A DNA stretch of 64,000 nucleotides from Eubacteriales bacterium (lineage in GTDB: Bacteria > Bacillota > Clostridia > Oscillospirales > CAG-272), in assembly GCA_045659245.1 (NCBI GenBank), contig JAZOWN010000006.1:13186-77185 (forward strand). Reading direction: 5' to 3'. Within the stretch, counting starts at the first letter, position 1. Every line of letters begins with the position of its first letter. The position numbers and the translations under genes were made by a program. Shown piece after piece: positions 1 through 7,875 of this stretch. The notes under the pieces were generated by a model. It worked only from the letters and a program-made list of their open reading frames with translations. It made no database searches and was not told where the DNA came from.

Positions 1-774
1 GTCAACCTCTGCCGAGGGCTCGGTGAACGGGAAGTGGTGAGGACGGAAGCGAAGTCTTGTTTCGTTGCCAAAGAGCGTTTTTGCAAACGTTTCAAGCATT
101 CCCTTGAGATCACCCATGGTGATGTCCTTGTCGACCACGAGTCCCTCTACCTGATGGAAAAGGGGAGAGTGGGTTGCGTCAACTGCATCGGAGCGATAAA
201 CTCTACCGGGAGAAATAATTCTTATCGGGGGCTTCTGCTTCTCCATTGTTCTTACCTGAACGGGGGAGGTCTGGGAGCGAAGAAGAATATTTTCTGTGAT
301 GTAGAAAGTGTCCTGCGTGTCGCGTGCAGGGTGATTTTCAGGAATGTTGAGCGCCTGGAAATTGTAGTAATCGTACTCAACCTCGGGTCCCTCTGCGATA
401 GAAAATCCCATTCCTATAAATATATCCTCGTTAGTTCTCTGAACCTGCGTAAGCGGGTGAAGCTTGCCGGGAGCGGCAACGCTTGAGGGCAGGGTAACGT
501 CTATCTTTTCAGTTGCGAGCTTGCGTTCAAGCTCAGCTGCCTTCTGTGCTTCTGCCTTTATTTTGAGTGCTGTCTCGATCTCAGCGCGAACCTCGTTTGC
601 GATCTGTCCCACAACAGGGCGCTCCTCAGCTGTAAGCGCACCCATTCCGCGAAGAACGGAGGTAAGCTCACCCTTTTTTCCTAAATATTGAATTCTGATT
701 TGTTCAAGGTCAGCGTTGTCCGCGCTTATTGCAGACAGTGCTTCCTCTTTGATTTTTTGAAGCTTTTCTTTCAT
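1..774 (-). CDS. pheS: phenylalanine--tRNA ligase alpha subunit; N-terminal 258 codons in window, gene runs off the left edge
   Basis: Minus-strand translation from the ATG at 772-774 reads [88 protein letters not shown]. These are PheS class-II aaRS blocks. The frame stays open to position 1. The + strand ORFs 34-486 and 464-691 are its antisense shadows. Confidence 0.92.
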   Translation of the reverse strand, partial: MKEKLQKIKEEALSAISADNADLEQIRIQYLGKKGELTSVLRGMGALTAEERPVVGQIANEVRAEIETALKIKAEAQKAAELERKLATEKIDVTLPSSVAAPGKLHPLTQVQRTNEDIFIGMGFSIAEGPEVEYDYYNFQALNIPENHPARDTQDTFYITENILLRSQTSPVQVRTMEKQKPPIRIISPGRVYRSDAVDATHSPLFHQVEGLVVDKDITMGDLKGMLETFAKTLFGNETRLRFRPHHFPFTEPSAEVD

Positions 775-799
775 TTTTAGTCCTTTCATTTATATGAAT

Positions 800-1100
800 T
801 AAGTATTTACAGTATAAAAATAACCCCGTCCTAAAAACATAGGACGGGGTAAAATACTCCGCGGTACCACCTAAATTTCAGCTTTTGCTGACACTCAGTC
901 AACGTATAACGGCGTCGCCCGTGCTCCGCTACCTTTAAATATTCACAGAGCCTGCTCCGAAGTGAAATGCCGACGTACGTTTAGCAACCGCTTTCAGCCA
1001 AGGCGGTATTCTCTGAGGCAAGTGACGTGCGCAAGCGAGCTTCATCAATGCATTTTTATATCACTCCGTATATTATATCACAAAAATTCCTTTTTTGCAA
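800..1100 (-). promoter_or_regulatory. T-box leader (candidate Phe specifier) with its promoter, upstream of pheS
   Basis: All on the minus strand. The promoter is TTGCAA (1095-1100), a 17-nt spacer, then TATAAT (1072-1077). Stem-I shows AGAGA and GGCUGAAAG elements. A UUC triplet followed by A lies at 966-964. The T-box core UAGGUGGUACCGCGGAG is the reverse complement of 857-878. The terminator is CCCCGUCCU/AGGACGGGG plus a U-run (814-850). Confidence 0.85.
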
Positions 1101-1129
1101 GGGCTTTTAATAAAAAAACATACACAATA

Positions 1130-1165
1130 TAAAAATAAAACCGTTCTCGAAAGAACGGTTTTATT
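1130..1165 (-). terminator. intrinsic terminator downstream of the OppA-like gene
   Basis: An 11-bp perfect stem AAAACCGTTCT / AGAACGGTTTT (1137-1147 / 1152-1162) closes a CGAA loop. T-runs flank it on both strands. Confidence 0.8.
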
Positions 1166-1174
1166 ATTCAATTA

Positions 1175-3004
1175 TTATTCCTCGGTGGGAACGTACTGCT
1201 GATAATCCTTAAGCTTTGCCTTGTTGAAATTGAACGTTCCGTAGTAGGTAGTTACAACCTTTGAAAGATCCTTGCTAATAAGAGTCTTCGTTTGGTTGAA
1301 TACTATCGGTATAACGGGCATGTCTTCCATGAGCATCTTTTCAGCCTCGTGGAGAATTTCTGCTCTGGCTTTAATATCCTTTTCTGCGAAAGCGCTCTCG
1401 ATGAGTGCATTGTATTCTGCCTTGTCATATCCTGAAACGTGAGTGGGAATTATGAACTCAGTGCGCTTTTCAGCGGAGGAGGCAAGACCTGTGAAGGACT
1501 TCGCGTAGGGAGCAAGTACAGAGAATGCGTCTGCCGAGTGTGCTACGTAGTCAACTGCGGCTACCTCAAATTTACCGGCACGGAAGTCCTCGGCGAAAAT
1601 GTCGTCACGAATATTCTCGTCTGTCTCTTGGGTGGACTTGTCTTGATCGTCGTTAGCAATAGCTTCTACTTTATTTACGCTTACGTTAAAGCCGAGCGCA
1701 GACCAGCTTGCCGCAACCATTTCTGCAATTGCTACGTGAACCTCGTCGTATGCGGGGACGGAAATTGAGAACTCGTAATTCGAAGCAGTAACGCCTGCCT
1801 TGGTGAGAAGCTCCTGTGCTTTTTGCTCATTCTTGGAGGTTGCTATAATATCTCCGCCAACGTCTCTGAATGCCTTTGCTTTGCTGAATAAGCCACCCTT
1901 GTTGCCTGCATTATAAACACCGTAGGGAACGAGAGCGGTAGCTGCCTTTGCGTAAACAACAGCCTCGGCGATCGCTTCGCGGTCGATAGCAGCGGAGAGC
2001 GCGTTTCTTACGTCAGCGTTTGCAAAGAGCTTCTCGGCGGGAGCCCCGTCGGTGCGCTTGATGAGAGCATTCTGGTTGAGAACGTAAGTATGAGTGCTCA
2101 AAGCGTCCTCGGGTTTAACGTCAGTACCGAATGAGCCTCTTATGGAGAGCGGAACATCACCGACGAAGAAAAGCTTGCCGTCGTTGTATGCCTGCATTAT
2201 CTGCTCGTCCGTCATGGTGTAGTCAACAATAAGTCTGTAAGGAGTTACGGACTTGTCGAGCTCATCCTCTTCAATGTCACGGTAGTAGTACATGTTTCTC
2301 TCAAGGACCATCTTTTCCTCGCCGGCCTTGTAGGATACCTCACGGAGTCTGAACGGTCCGCTCGTGCAGATCGTAGCAGGCTTCTTAGCCCAGTCGGAGT
2401 TCTTTTCTACGATCTCGCTGCGGAGAGGAACGAGCGCATAGCTCGTAAGGTTGAGAAGGAACTGATCGTAGTCGATCTTCTCCTCAAAGAATATCTGGAT
2501 CTGAGACTCGTTAATAGCGCTTATAGCAACGTCGTCTATGGATATCTCGCTGTCACCCTCTTTAGCGGCACGCGCGTTCTTTATATCGAAAAGAAGGGAA
2601 GCCGCCTCAAAGTTGTTTGCGGGACTGAGAATTCTCGTCCAAGCAAAGTAAACGTCGTTTGCCGTGATAGCAGAGCCGTCACTCCAACTGGTTTCGTTAA
2701 GAGTAATTATCATCTCATACTCGCCTTTTTTATCGTCCTCGCGAATGGTGTAGTCCTTTGCAAGGGACTTTTTCACCTTTCCGTTCTCGTCAAGAACGAA
2801 AAGATTATCAAAAAGAAGACTTACGACTCTGAGGGCAGATTCGTTGTTGTAGGCGTATGCAGGATCGAGGTCATAGACCTGATCGGAAAGGTACATGTAT
2901 ATGTATGCGCCCTTGTCGTTTTCGTCCACCTTTTGATTGCAGCTTGCCAAAACAGGAACAAGCATGAGCACGCAAAGAAGGAGAGCAATTACTTTTTTCA
3001 TCAT
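1175..3004 (-). CDS. ABC transporter substrate-binding lipoprotein, peptide/nickel family 5 (OppA-like); orphan, with no permease genes adjacent
   Basis: 609-aa ORF. The N-terminal signal peptide carries a lipobox (LVPVLASC). Length and sequence resemble family-5 solute-binding proteins. An RBS (GAGGAGG on the minus strand) precedes the start. Confidence 0.8.
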   Translation of the reverse strand: MMKKVIALLLCVLMLVPVLASCNQKVDENDKGAYIYMYLSDQVYDLDPAYAYNNESALRVVSLLFDNLFVLDENGKVKKSLAKDYTIREDDKKGEYEMIITLNETSWSDGSAITANDVYFAWTRILSPANNFEAASLLFDIKNARAAKEGDSEISIDDVAISAINESQIQIFFEEKIDYDQFLLNLTSYALVPLRSEIVEKNSDWAKKPATICTSGPFRLREVSYKAGEEKMVLERNMYYYRDIEEDELDKSVTPYRLIVDYTMTDEQIMQAYNDGKLFFVGDVPLSIRGSFGTDVKPEDALSTHTYVLNQNALIKRTDGAPAEKLFANADVRNALSAAIDREAIAEAVVYAKAATALVPYGVYNAGNKGGLFSKAKAFRDVGGDIIATSKNEQKAQELLTKAGVTASNYEFSISVPAYDEVHVAIAEMVAASWSALGFNVSVNKVEAIANDDQDKSTQETDENIRDDIFAEDFRAGKFEVAAVDYVAHSADAFSVLAPYAKSFTGLASSAEKRTEFIIPTHVSGYDKAEYNALIESAFAEKDIKARAEILHEAEKMLMEDMPVIPIVFNQTKTLISKDLSKVVTTYYGTFNFNKAKLKDYQQYVPTEE

Positions 3005-3188
3005 AGTTAGAAAACCTCCTCATGGTTACAAAACTGATAATCCACATAATGTGGCAATTTACTCATTGTATTATAACATTTTTTTAAATTAAAATCAATG
3101 CTAATAAACTCAACTTTTTAACTTTTGGTGATATGCACAACACACCCATACAAAACTTGTCTATTTTGACACAATAATAGGAGAAAAT

Positions 3189-4088
3189 ATGGATAAATAT
3201 ATCGTTTCGGATTTGATTATGGAAACCGCTGACGTGTTCAGTATGAAAAAAGCGGCAGTTGAGAGCGGCGCTGTCTATTCCGAGGAGCACTTTGGAAGCG
3301 TTACGGTATGCAGACTGAATATAAAAAACGACGCTCAAGCGAAGAAATATAAATGTAAAAGGGGCTATCACGTCACCGCTTATACACCCGAAATATTGCT
3401 TATGAGTGATGCGGAAAGAGAGCGGCTTTCGAGAATTTTAGCAAAGGAAATAAGAGAGACGGTCTATATGGTGCTAAATACGCGATCGATAGAGAATAAG
3501 CGGTTTTTGGTCGCGGGAATAGGAAACGGACGAATAACCCCTGATGCCGTTGGCTCAATGACGGTCGGCAAAATAAACGTAACGCGGCACGTGGAAAAAA
3601 TAAGCCCAAGAGATTTTGAAAAAATGGGGATCGCCTCGGTGTGCGGTGTGAGATGCGGTGTTCTTGGGGAGACGGGAATAGAGGCGCTTGAAATTTTGCG
3701 AGGCGTGACACAAGGCTGCTCCCCCGACTGCATTATTGCCGTCGATGCCCTTGCGGCAAGGGATACGCGCAGGCTTGCAAGCACCGTTCAAATATCGGAT
3801 TCGGGAATATCCCCCGGGGCGGGGATAGGAAGCGGACGAAGCGTTATTGACAAGGAAAGTCTCGGAGTCCCCGTTATTGCCGTCGGCGTGCCGACGGTGA
3901 TCTCGGCGGCTACGGTAATCTCGTCTTCTCTTACAGAAATGGGCTTTGAGACAATGAACGAAAAAGCGGAGCGAATTATCAGCGAAAAAAAGAATTTTTT
4001 CGTAACTCCGAAGGAGTGTGACCTTATATGTGATGCGGTGTCCGAGATCTTGGCAAGGGCTATCGACCTGTCGCTCGGAGTCATATAG
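3189..4088 (+). CDS. gpr: germination (spore) protease GPR
   Basis: Conserved GPR blocks are present: LVAGIGNGRITPDAVG, IIAVDALAAR, VQISDSGISPGAGIG and LGVPVIAVGVPTV. An AGGAG RBS precedes the start. It is followed by spoIIP, as in Bacillus and Clostridium. Confidence 0.88.
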   Translation: MDKYIVSDLIMETADVFSMKKAAVESGAVYSEEHFGSVTVCRLNIKNDAQAKKYKCKRGYHVTAYTPEILLMSDAERERLSRILAKEIRETVYMVLNTRSIENKRFLVAGIGNGRITPDAVGSMTVGKINVTRHVEKISPRDFEKMGIASVCGVRCGVLGETGIEALEILRGVTQGCSPDCIIAVDALAARDTRRLASTVQISDSGISPGAGIGSGRSVIDKESLGVPVIAVGVPTVISAATVISSSLTEMGFETMNEKAERIISEKKNFFVTPKECDLICDAVSEILARAIDLSLGVI

Positions 4089-4145
4089 CGCCTCTTATGC
4101 GAATATAATTCCGTAGTCATTACTTTTTACCTGCGAGGAGGAATT

Positions 4146-5375
4146 ATGAAAGAAGATCAAGGCAGATTAAAAGCAAAGGAAGCACACAGGCTTCTCGAAA
4201 AAGAGCGCGGACACGGTGCTTTACGAGAGGATCTGAAAATCAGGGTGTTGAAGATATGGCATGCGGTTTATATCGTTACGGTTCTGTTTACGGTAGGCTT
4301 GGTTGCCGTTATACTGTCCCTCGTTGTCGGCAGCGTATCTGCCTCGGGGGGAGGCAGCAGGATCGCGGACAAGATAGGCGACCTTTTTGTATCAATGGAT
4401 TTTCTCGTGTTCGACGGTGCTGCGCACGCGCCCGGCGAGGACAGCGACTTCGTGTACGTGCCTCCCGCGTCGGATAAGGAAAGCGATAGCACCGATGCTC
4501 CCGAAACGGACAGCCCACCGAGCACGGACGTCGGCGTTGTCGGGGGCGGAATTTACGACTTTGACTATTCAAAAGTTCCCGAGGGCTGTACACCGATAAT
4601 TCCAATGGATCTCTCGCTTTCCTCCTACGGCTCGGAGTACATAAATAATTCAACGGGATATTCTCCCGATATAGCAACGCTGATCGAGAAAAAATTAAAG
4701 GGCGACAGCTCCGTCGAGCTTTTGGCGGCGTCGAATGAGCCGCAGGTCTTGATAATACATACGCACGGAACGGAGGCGTACAGCAAGGACGGAGCGATAT
4801 ACTGCGAGAGCGGAGACGTTGACGTAAGAACGGCGGATACCTCGAAAAACGTGGTCGCGGTAGGGAGGACCGTCGCAGAGATACTCAACAAAAAAGGAAT
4901 AAGCACGCTGCACTGTACGGTAATGCACGACAGCCTGCAATATAAGGATTCGTATGCAAGAGCGGAGGAGACTGTAAAACGGTATATGGAGGAATTTCCG
5001 TCGATAAAGCTGGTTATCGACATACACCGCGACTCCATATTTAAATCGAGTGGCGAGATAGTACGCCCCGTTGCGGAGCTTGACGGCAAGGCGGCGGCAC
5101 AGCTTATGTGCGTTGTCGGAAGCGACTGGGCAGGAGATACGCACCCAGAATGGGAAAATAATCTTTCTCTTGCGCTGAAGCTTCGCGAAAGGCTCAACGG
5201 AGAGTGCGAGAATATCTGCCGCCCCGTGTTTTTGAAGCCTAATACCTATAATCAGGAGCTGGCTCCGTTCTCACTGCTTGTTGAGGTCGGCGCAGAAGGG
5301 AACAGCCTTGAGGAGGCAGAGAGAAGCGCCGAGCTTCTCGCAAAGGCGCTCGGTTCGCTTTTTGATGAAATTTAA
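4146..5375 (+). CDS. spoIIP: stage II sporulation protein P (SpoIIP amidase/endopeptidase)
   Basis: It has an N-terminal TM helix (VYIVTVLFTVGLVAVILSLVVG) followed by SpoIIP blocks: LIIHTHGTEAY, IDIHRD and a C-terminal LLVEVG. A GAGGAGG RBS precedes the start. Confidence 0.85.
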   Translation: MKEDQGRLKAKEAHRLLEKERGHGALREDLKIRVLKIWHAVYIVTVLFTVGLVAVILSLVVGSVSASGGGSRIADKIGDLFVSMDFLVFDGAAHAPGEDSDFVYVPPASDKESDSTDAPETDSPPSTDVGVVGGGIYDFDYSKVPEGCTPIIPMDLSLSSYGSEYINNSTGYSPDIATLIEKKLKGDSSVELLAASNEPQVLIIHTHGTEAYSKDGAIYCESGDVDVRTADTSKNVVAVGRTVAEILNKKGISTLHCTVMHDSLQYKDSYARAEETVKRYMEEFPSIKLVIDIHRDSIFKSSGEIVRPVAELDGKAAAQLMCVVGSDWAGDTHPEWENNLSLALKLRERLNGECENICRPVFLKPNTYNQELAPFSLLVEVGAEGNSLEEAERSAELLAKALGSLFDEI

Positions 5376-5407
5376 GAGCGAAAATGGAATTATTTTTCAA
5401 AAACCTC

Positions 5408-5436
5408 TTTACAAAAGCATTTTTGTGTGGTATAAT
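5408..5436 (+). promoter_or_regulatory. sigma-A type promoter of the XRE/S24 repressor gene
   Basis: TTTACA (5408-5413), a 17-nt spacer, then TGgTATAAT (TATAAT at 5431-5436). Confidence 0.6.
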
Positions 5437-5463
5437 TATTCCATAAACGGAATTGGAGGGATT

Positions 5464-6249
5464 ATGAATTACATTGACCGCATAAAAAAGATAAAGAGCG
5501 AGAAGAAAATAACTAACGACAAGCTCTCAGAAATGACGGGTATACCGCTTGGAACTCTCAGTAAGATAATGGCAGGGATAAGTGACTCTCCAAAGCTCTC
5601 AAACATAGTTGCAATTGCCGATGCTCTCGGCTGTACGCTTGATTATATCGTCAGCGGAACTCCCGAGAATAATAATAATTTTACCTTGACTGCCTCGGAA
5701 ATGGATTTTATCGAGCTTTACAGAGGGCTTGATACGCACTCGCGCGAGGTCGTTAATATGGTGGCAAAAAAGGAGTCTGAGCGTGCCGCTGTCGCTGTGC
5801 CTGCTTCGGAGAAGCAGAGAACTCCCTCAAGAAGCGCGAAGATATTGCCGACGCTTAACTCCTCCAAGGGACTCGGAAAGCGCACCGTGCTTTTGTACGA
5901 TCTTGCAGTTTCTGCCGGAACGGGAGTGTATCTTGACGATACCGATACGACGGAGATATCTATTCCCGACAATGAGAAAACGAGAATTGCCGATTTTGCT
6001 CTCCGTATAAACGGAAACAGTATGGAGCCGAAGTATCACGACGGTGACATCGTGCTCGTTGAGGATACGGATTCCGTTGAGGTTGGCGAGCTTGGTATAT
6101 TCGTGCTTGACGGCAACGGATATTTCAAGATGTTCGGCGGAGACAGGCTTATTTCTCTTAACGAGGACTACGGCGACATTCTGCTTCACGGCTATTCGGA
6201 GGTCGTTTGCTGCGGCAGAGTAGTTGGAAGACTGAAAAAGAGAGTCTGA
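5464..6249 (+). CDS. XRE-family HTH repressor fused to an S24 (LexA/CI-like) self-cleaving peptidase domain
   Basis: The start was moved to the ATG at 5464, which follows a GGAGGG RBS; the track ORF 5278 start would overlap spoIIP. The N-terminus has an HTH (ITNDKLSEMTGIPLGTLSKIMAG). The C-terminus has an S24 signature (INGNSMEP..GDIVLVE..GYFKMF). Confidence 0.8.
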   Translation: MNYIDRIKKIKSEKKITNDKLSEMTGIPLGTLSKIMAGISDSPKLSNIVAIADALGCTLDYIVSGTPENNNNFTLTASEMDFIELYRGLDTHSREVVNMVAKKESERAAVAVPASEKQRTPSRSAKILPTLNSSKGLGKRTVLLYDLAVSAGTGVYLDDTDTTEISIPDNEKTRIADFALRINGNSMEPKYHDGDIVLVEDTDSVEVGELGIFVLDGNGYFKMFGGDRLISLNEDYGDILLHGYSEVVCCGRVVGRLKKRV

Positions 6250-6304
6250 CTTTGGGCTGATTACTTTAGCGCAGAACAAAAACGCACGAATATAAACTAA
6301 TATA

Positions 6305-6348
6305 AAAGCCGCTTTTGCTATCATAACTGATGGTAAGAGCGGTTTTTT
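6305..6348 (+). terminator. intrinsic terminator after the XRE/S24 gene
   Basis: The stem CCGCTTTT (6309-6316) / AAGAGCGG (6335-6342) has one G-U pair. It is followed by TTTTTT (6343-6348). Confidence 0.6.
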
Positions 6349-6448
6349 GTATAGCGAAAGCTCCGCCGTGGTTGCGGGGTTAAAAAGGTTAACTGATGAG
6401 CAAAAGCACGAAAAACAAATTTAACGTTAAAAGCCCTTGTAACAATAA

Positions 6449-6626
6449 GCCTTCCCCAGCGGTGGGAGATGGTCGCAAGCGACCGTCGAGTTTGCTACGC
6501 AAACATCGAGGGGACCGCGTTAGCGGTGGATGTGGTGTTGTATATTCAATTCATTCTTTAACACCTCATCCGTCATTGACTCGCACCATCGGCTCGTCAA
6601 TGCCACCTTCCCCCGCTGGGGAAGGC
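6449..6626 (+). ncRNA. candidate structured RNA or inverted-repeat element of unknown family
   Basis: A perfect 14-bp closing stem GCCTTCCCCAGCGG (6449-6462) / CCGCTGGGGAAGGC (6613-6626) can be extended by GGGAG/CUUCC with one G-U pair. It encloses several hairpins. These are GAUGGUC-GCAA-GACCGUC (GNRA loop), UUUGC-UAC-GCAAA, ACCGC-GUUA-GCGGU, GGAUGUGGUGUU..AACACCUCAUCC with an AU-rich apical loop, and CAUUGAC..GUCAAUG. The GNRA loop and the G-U pairs favour the + strand. Confidence 0.35.
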
Positions 6627-6709
6627 TCACGCTGACAGAGCTTTATGCTGATTATAAATTTTAATTTCGAGATGTCGCTGATATTTTTATGCCGTTTCGG
6701 GAAAAATAA

Positions 6710-6735
6710 TGAATATTATGCATGAATAATATTCT
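6710..6735 (+). promoter_or_regulatory. tandem ARG-box-like 13-mers upstream of the glycosyltransferase gene
   Basis: TGAATATTATGCA (6710-6722) directly abuts TGAATAATATTCT (6723-6735). The first 13-mer is identical to the reverse complement of 31446-31458 in the arg operon control region. Confidence 0.3.
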
Positions 6736-6747
6736 GCTTTTCGGACG

Positions 6748-7872
6748 GTGAAAATGAAGATAATTGAAATAATAAGCGACACGAATATCGGAGGCGCGGG
6801 TGTTTTGCTCTTGAATAGACTCAAATATACAGATATTCAAAAATACGATACGCTGGTGCTTATCCCAAAGCGCAGTATGCTCGCGCCGCGACTTGAAAAT
6901 TTAGGAGTGGGATACAGAGAAATATCGGGGAACGCCAACAAGTCTATGGACGTGCGGACGGTGCGGGAATACGTATCCGTTTTTAGGGAAATAAAGCCCG
7001 ATATAATCAACGCACACGGCTGTCTTTCAGCGCGGATAGCGGCGTGGCTTTGCGGTGTGCCCGTGAAGATCTGCACGCGGCACTGCGTATTTCCCGTAGG
7101 GAAAATATCATTTGCGCAAAAAAAGATAATGGGAGCGCTCAATTCGCTGCTCTCTGATAAATTTATCGCGGTAGCGCATGCGGCAAAGCAAAATCTTATA
7201 GAGCTTGGAGTTTACGAGGAGAAGATAGAGGTCGTTATCAACGGTGCTGTCTCTTTGAGAAAGGCTTCCGACTCGGAGAGAGCGCAAACAAGAAAAAGGC
7301 TTGGTATTTCGGGAGAAAGCGCGGTGCTCGGAATGTGCGCGCGCCTTGAAAAATATAAGGGACACGAATGGTTTTTTGAGACTTTTCGTATACTGCTTGA
7401 TAACGGAAGCGATGTAAATGCCATTCTGATCGGCGACGGCACGCAAAGGGAATACCCCGAGGGGCTTTGCAAGCAGTATGGAATTGAGGAAAGAGTGCAC
7501 TTTATAGGATTTGTGTCGGACGTGTCTCCGTATATGAATATCGTCGATATTAACGTAAACTGTTCTGTGGGCACGGAGACGTCCTCGCTTGCGCTTTCCG
7601 AGGGAATGAGCCTCGGTATTCCCGCCGTTGTGAGCGACTTCGGCGGAAATCCTTATATGATAGCGCACGGAGAGAACGGGCTTGTGTGTGAGTGCTACGA
7701 CAGCCGAAAAATGGCGGATTATATCTGTGACTTAATAAATGATAGTGAGCTCTACCAACGCATGAGCCTTGCGGCGCGCGAGCGCTTTGCGGACGAGCTT
7801 AACGCACGCGCTATGACCGAAAAAACAAATAAGCTCTACGATAGGCTTTATAACGCCTATTGCAGAGCTTAA
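6748..7872 (+). CDS. glycosyltransferase, GT-B fold, family 4 (GT4/GT1-type)
   Basis: The N-terminus has the glycine-rich GT4 motif (DTNIGGAGV). The C-terminus has an E-x7-E-like block (TETSSLALSEGMSLGIPAVVSDFGGNPYMIAHGENG). The start is either GTG 6748 or ATG 6754. Confidence 0.8.
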   Translation: MKMKIIEIISDTNIGGAGVLLLNRLKYTDIQKYDTLVLIPKRSMLAPRLENLGVGYREISGNANKSMDVRTVREYVSVFREIKPDIINAHGCLSARIAAWLCGVPVKICTRHCVFPVGKISFAQKKIMGALNSLLSDKFIAVAHAAKQNLIELGVYEEKIEVVINGAVSLRKASDSERAQTRKRLGISGESAVLGMCARLEKYKGHEWFFETFRILLDNGSDVNAILIGDGTQREYPEGLCKQYGIEERVHFIGFVSDVSPYMNIVDINVNCSVGTETSSLALSEGMSLGIPAVVSDFGGNPYMIAHGENGLVCECYDSRKMADYICDLINDSELYQRMSLAARERFADELNARAMTEKTNKLYDRLYNAYCRA

Positions 7873-7875
7873 AAA

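Noticed and set aside
34-691. + strand ORFs 34-486 and 464-691.
   Set aside because: They are antisense to pheS, whose minus-strand translation carries unmistakable PheS motifs.
3005-3188. Attempted to assign a sigma-F/G forespore promoter to gpr (GATAT ... CATACAA).
   Set aside because: Spacing between the candidate -35 and -10 elements is about 13 nt, too short for the known consensus. It cannot be supported from sequence alone.
5278-5463. N-terminal extension of the XRE/S24 ORF.
   Set aside because: It overlaps the 3' end of spoIIP in another frame and contains the gene's own promoter. The HTH domain begins at the ATG at 5464, which has a GGAGGG RBS.
6396-6635. 79-aa + strand ORF spanning the inverted-repeat element.
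   Set aside because: Its Pro/Ser/Gly/Arg-rich composition is not protein-like. The sequence is better explained by nested hairpins and the 14-bp closing stem, so it is reported as a candidate RNA/IR element instead.
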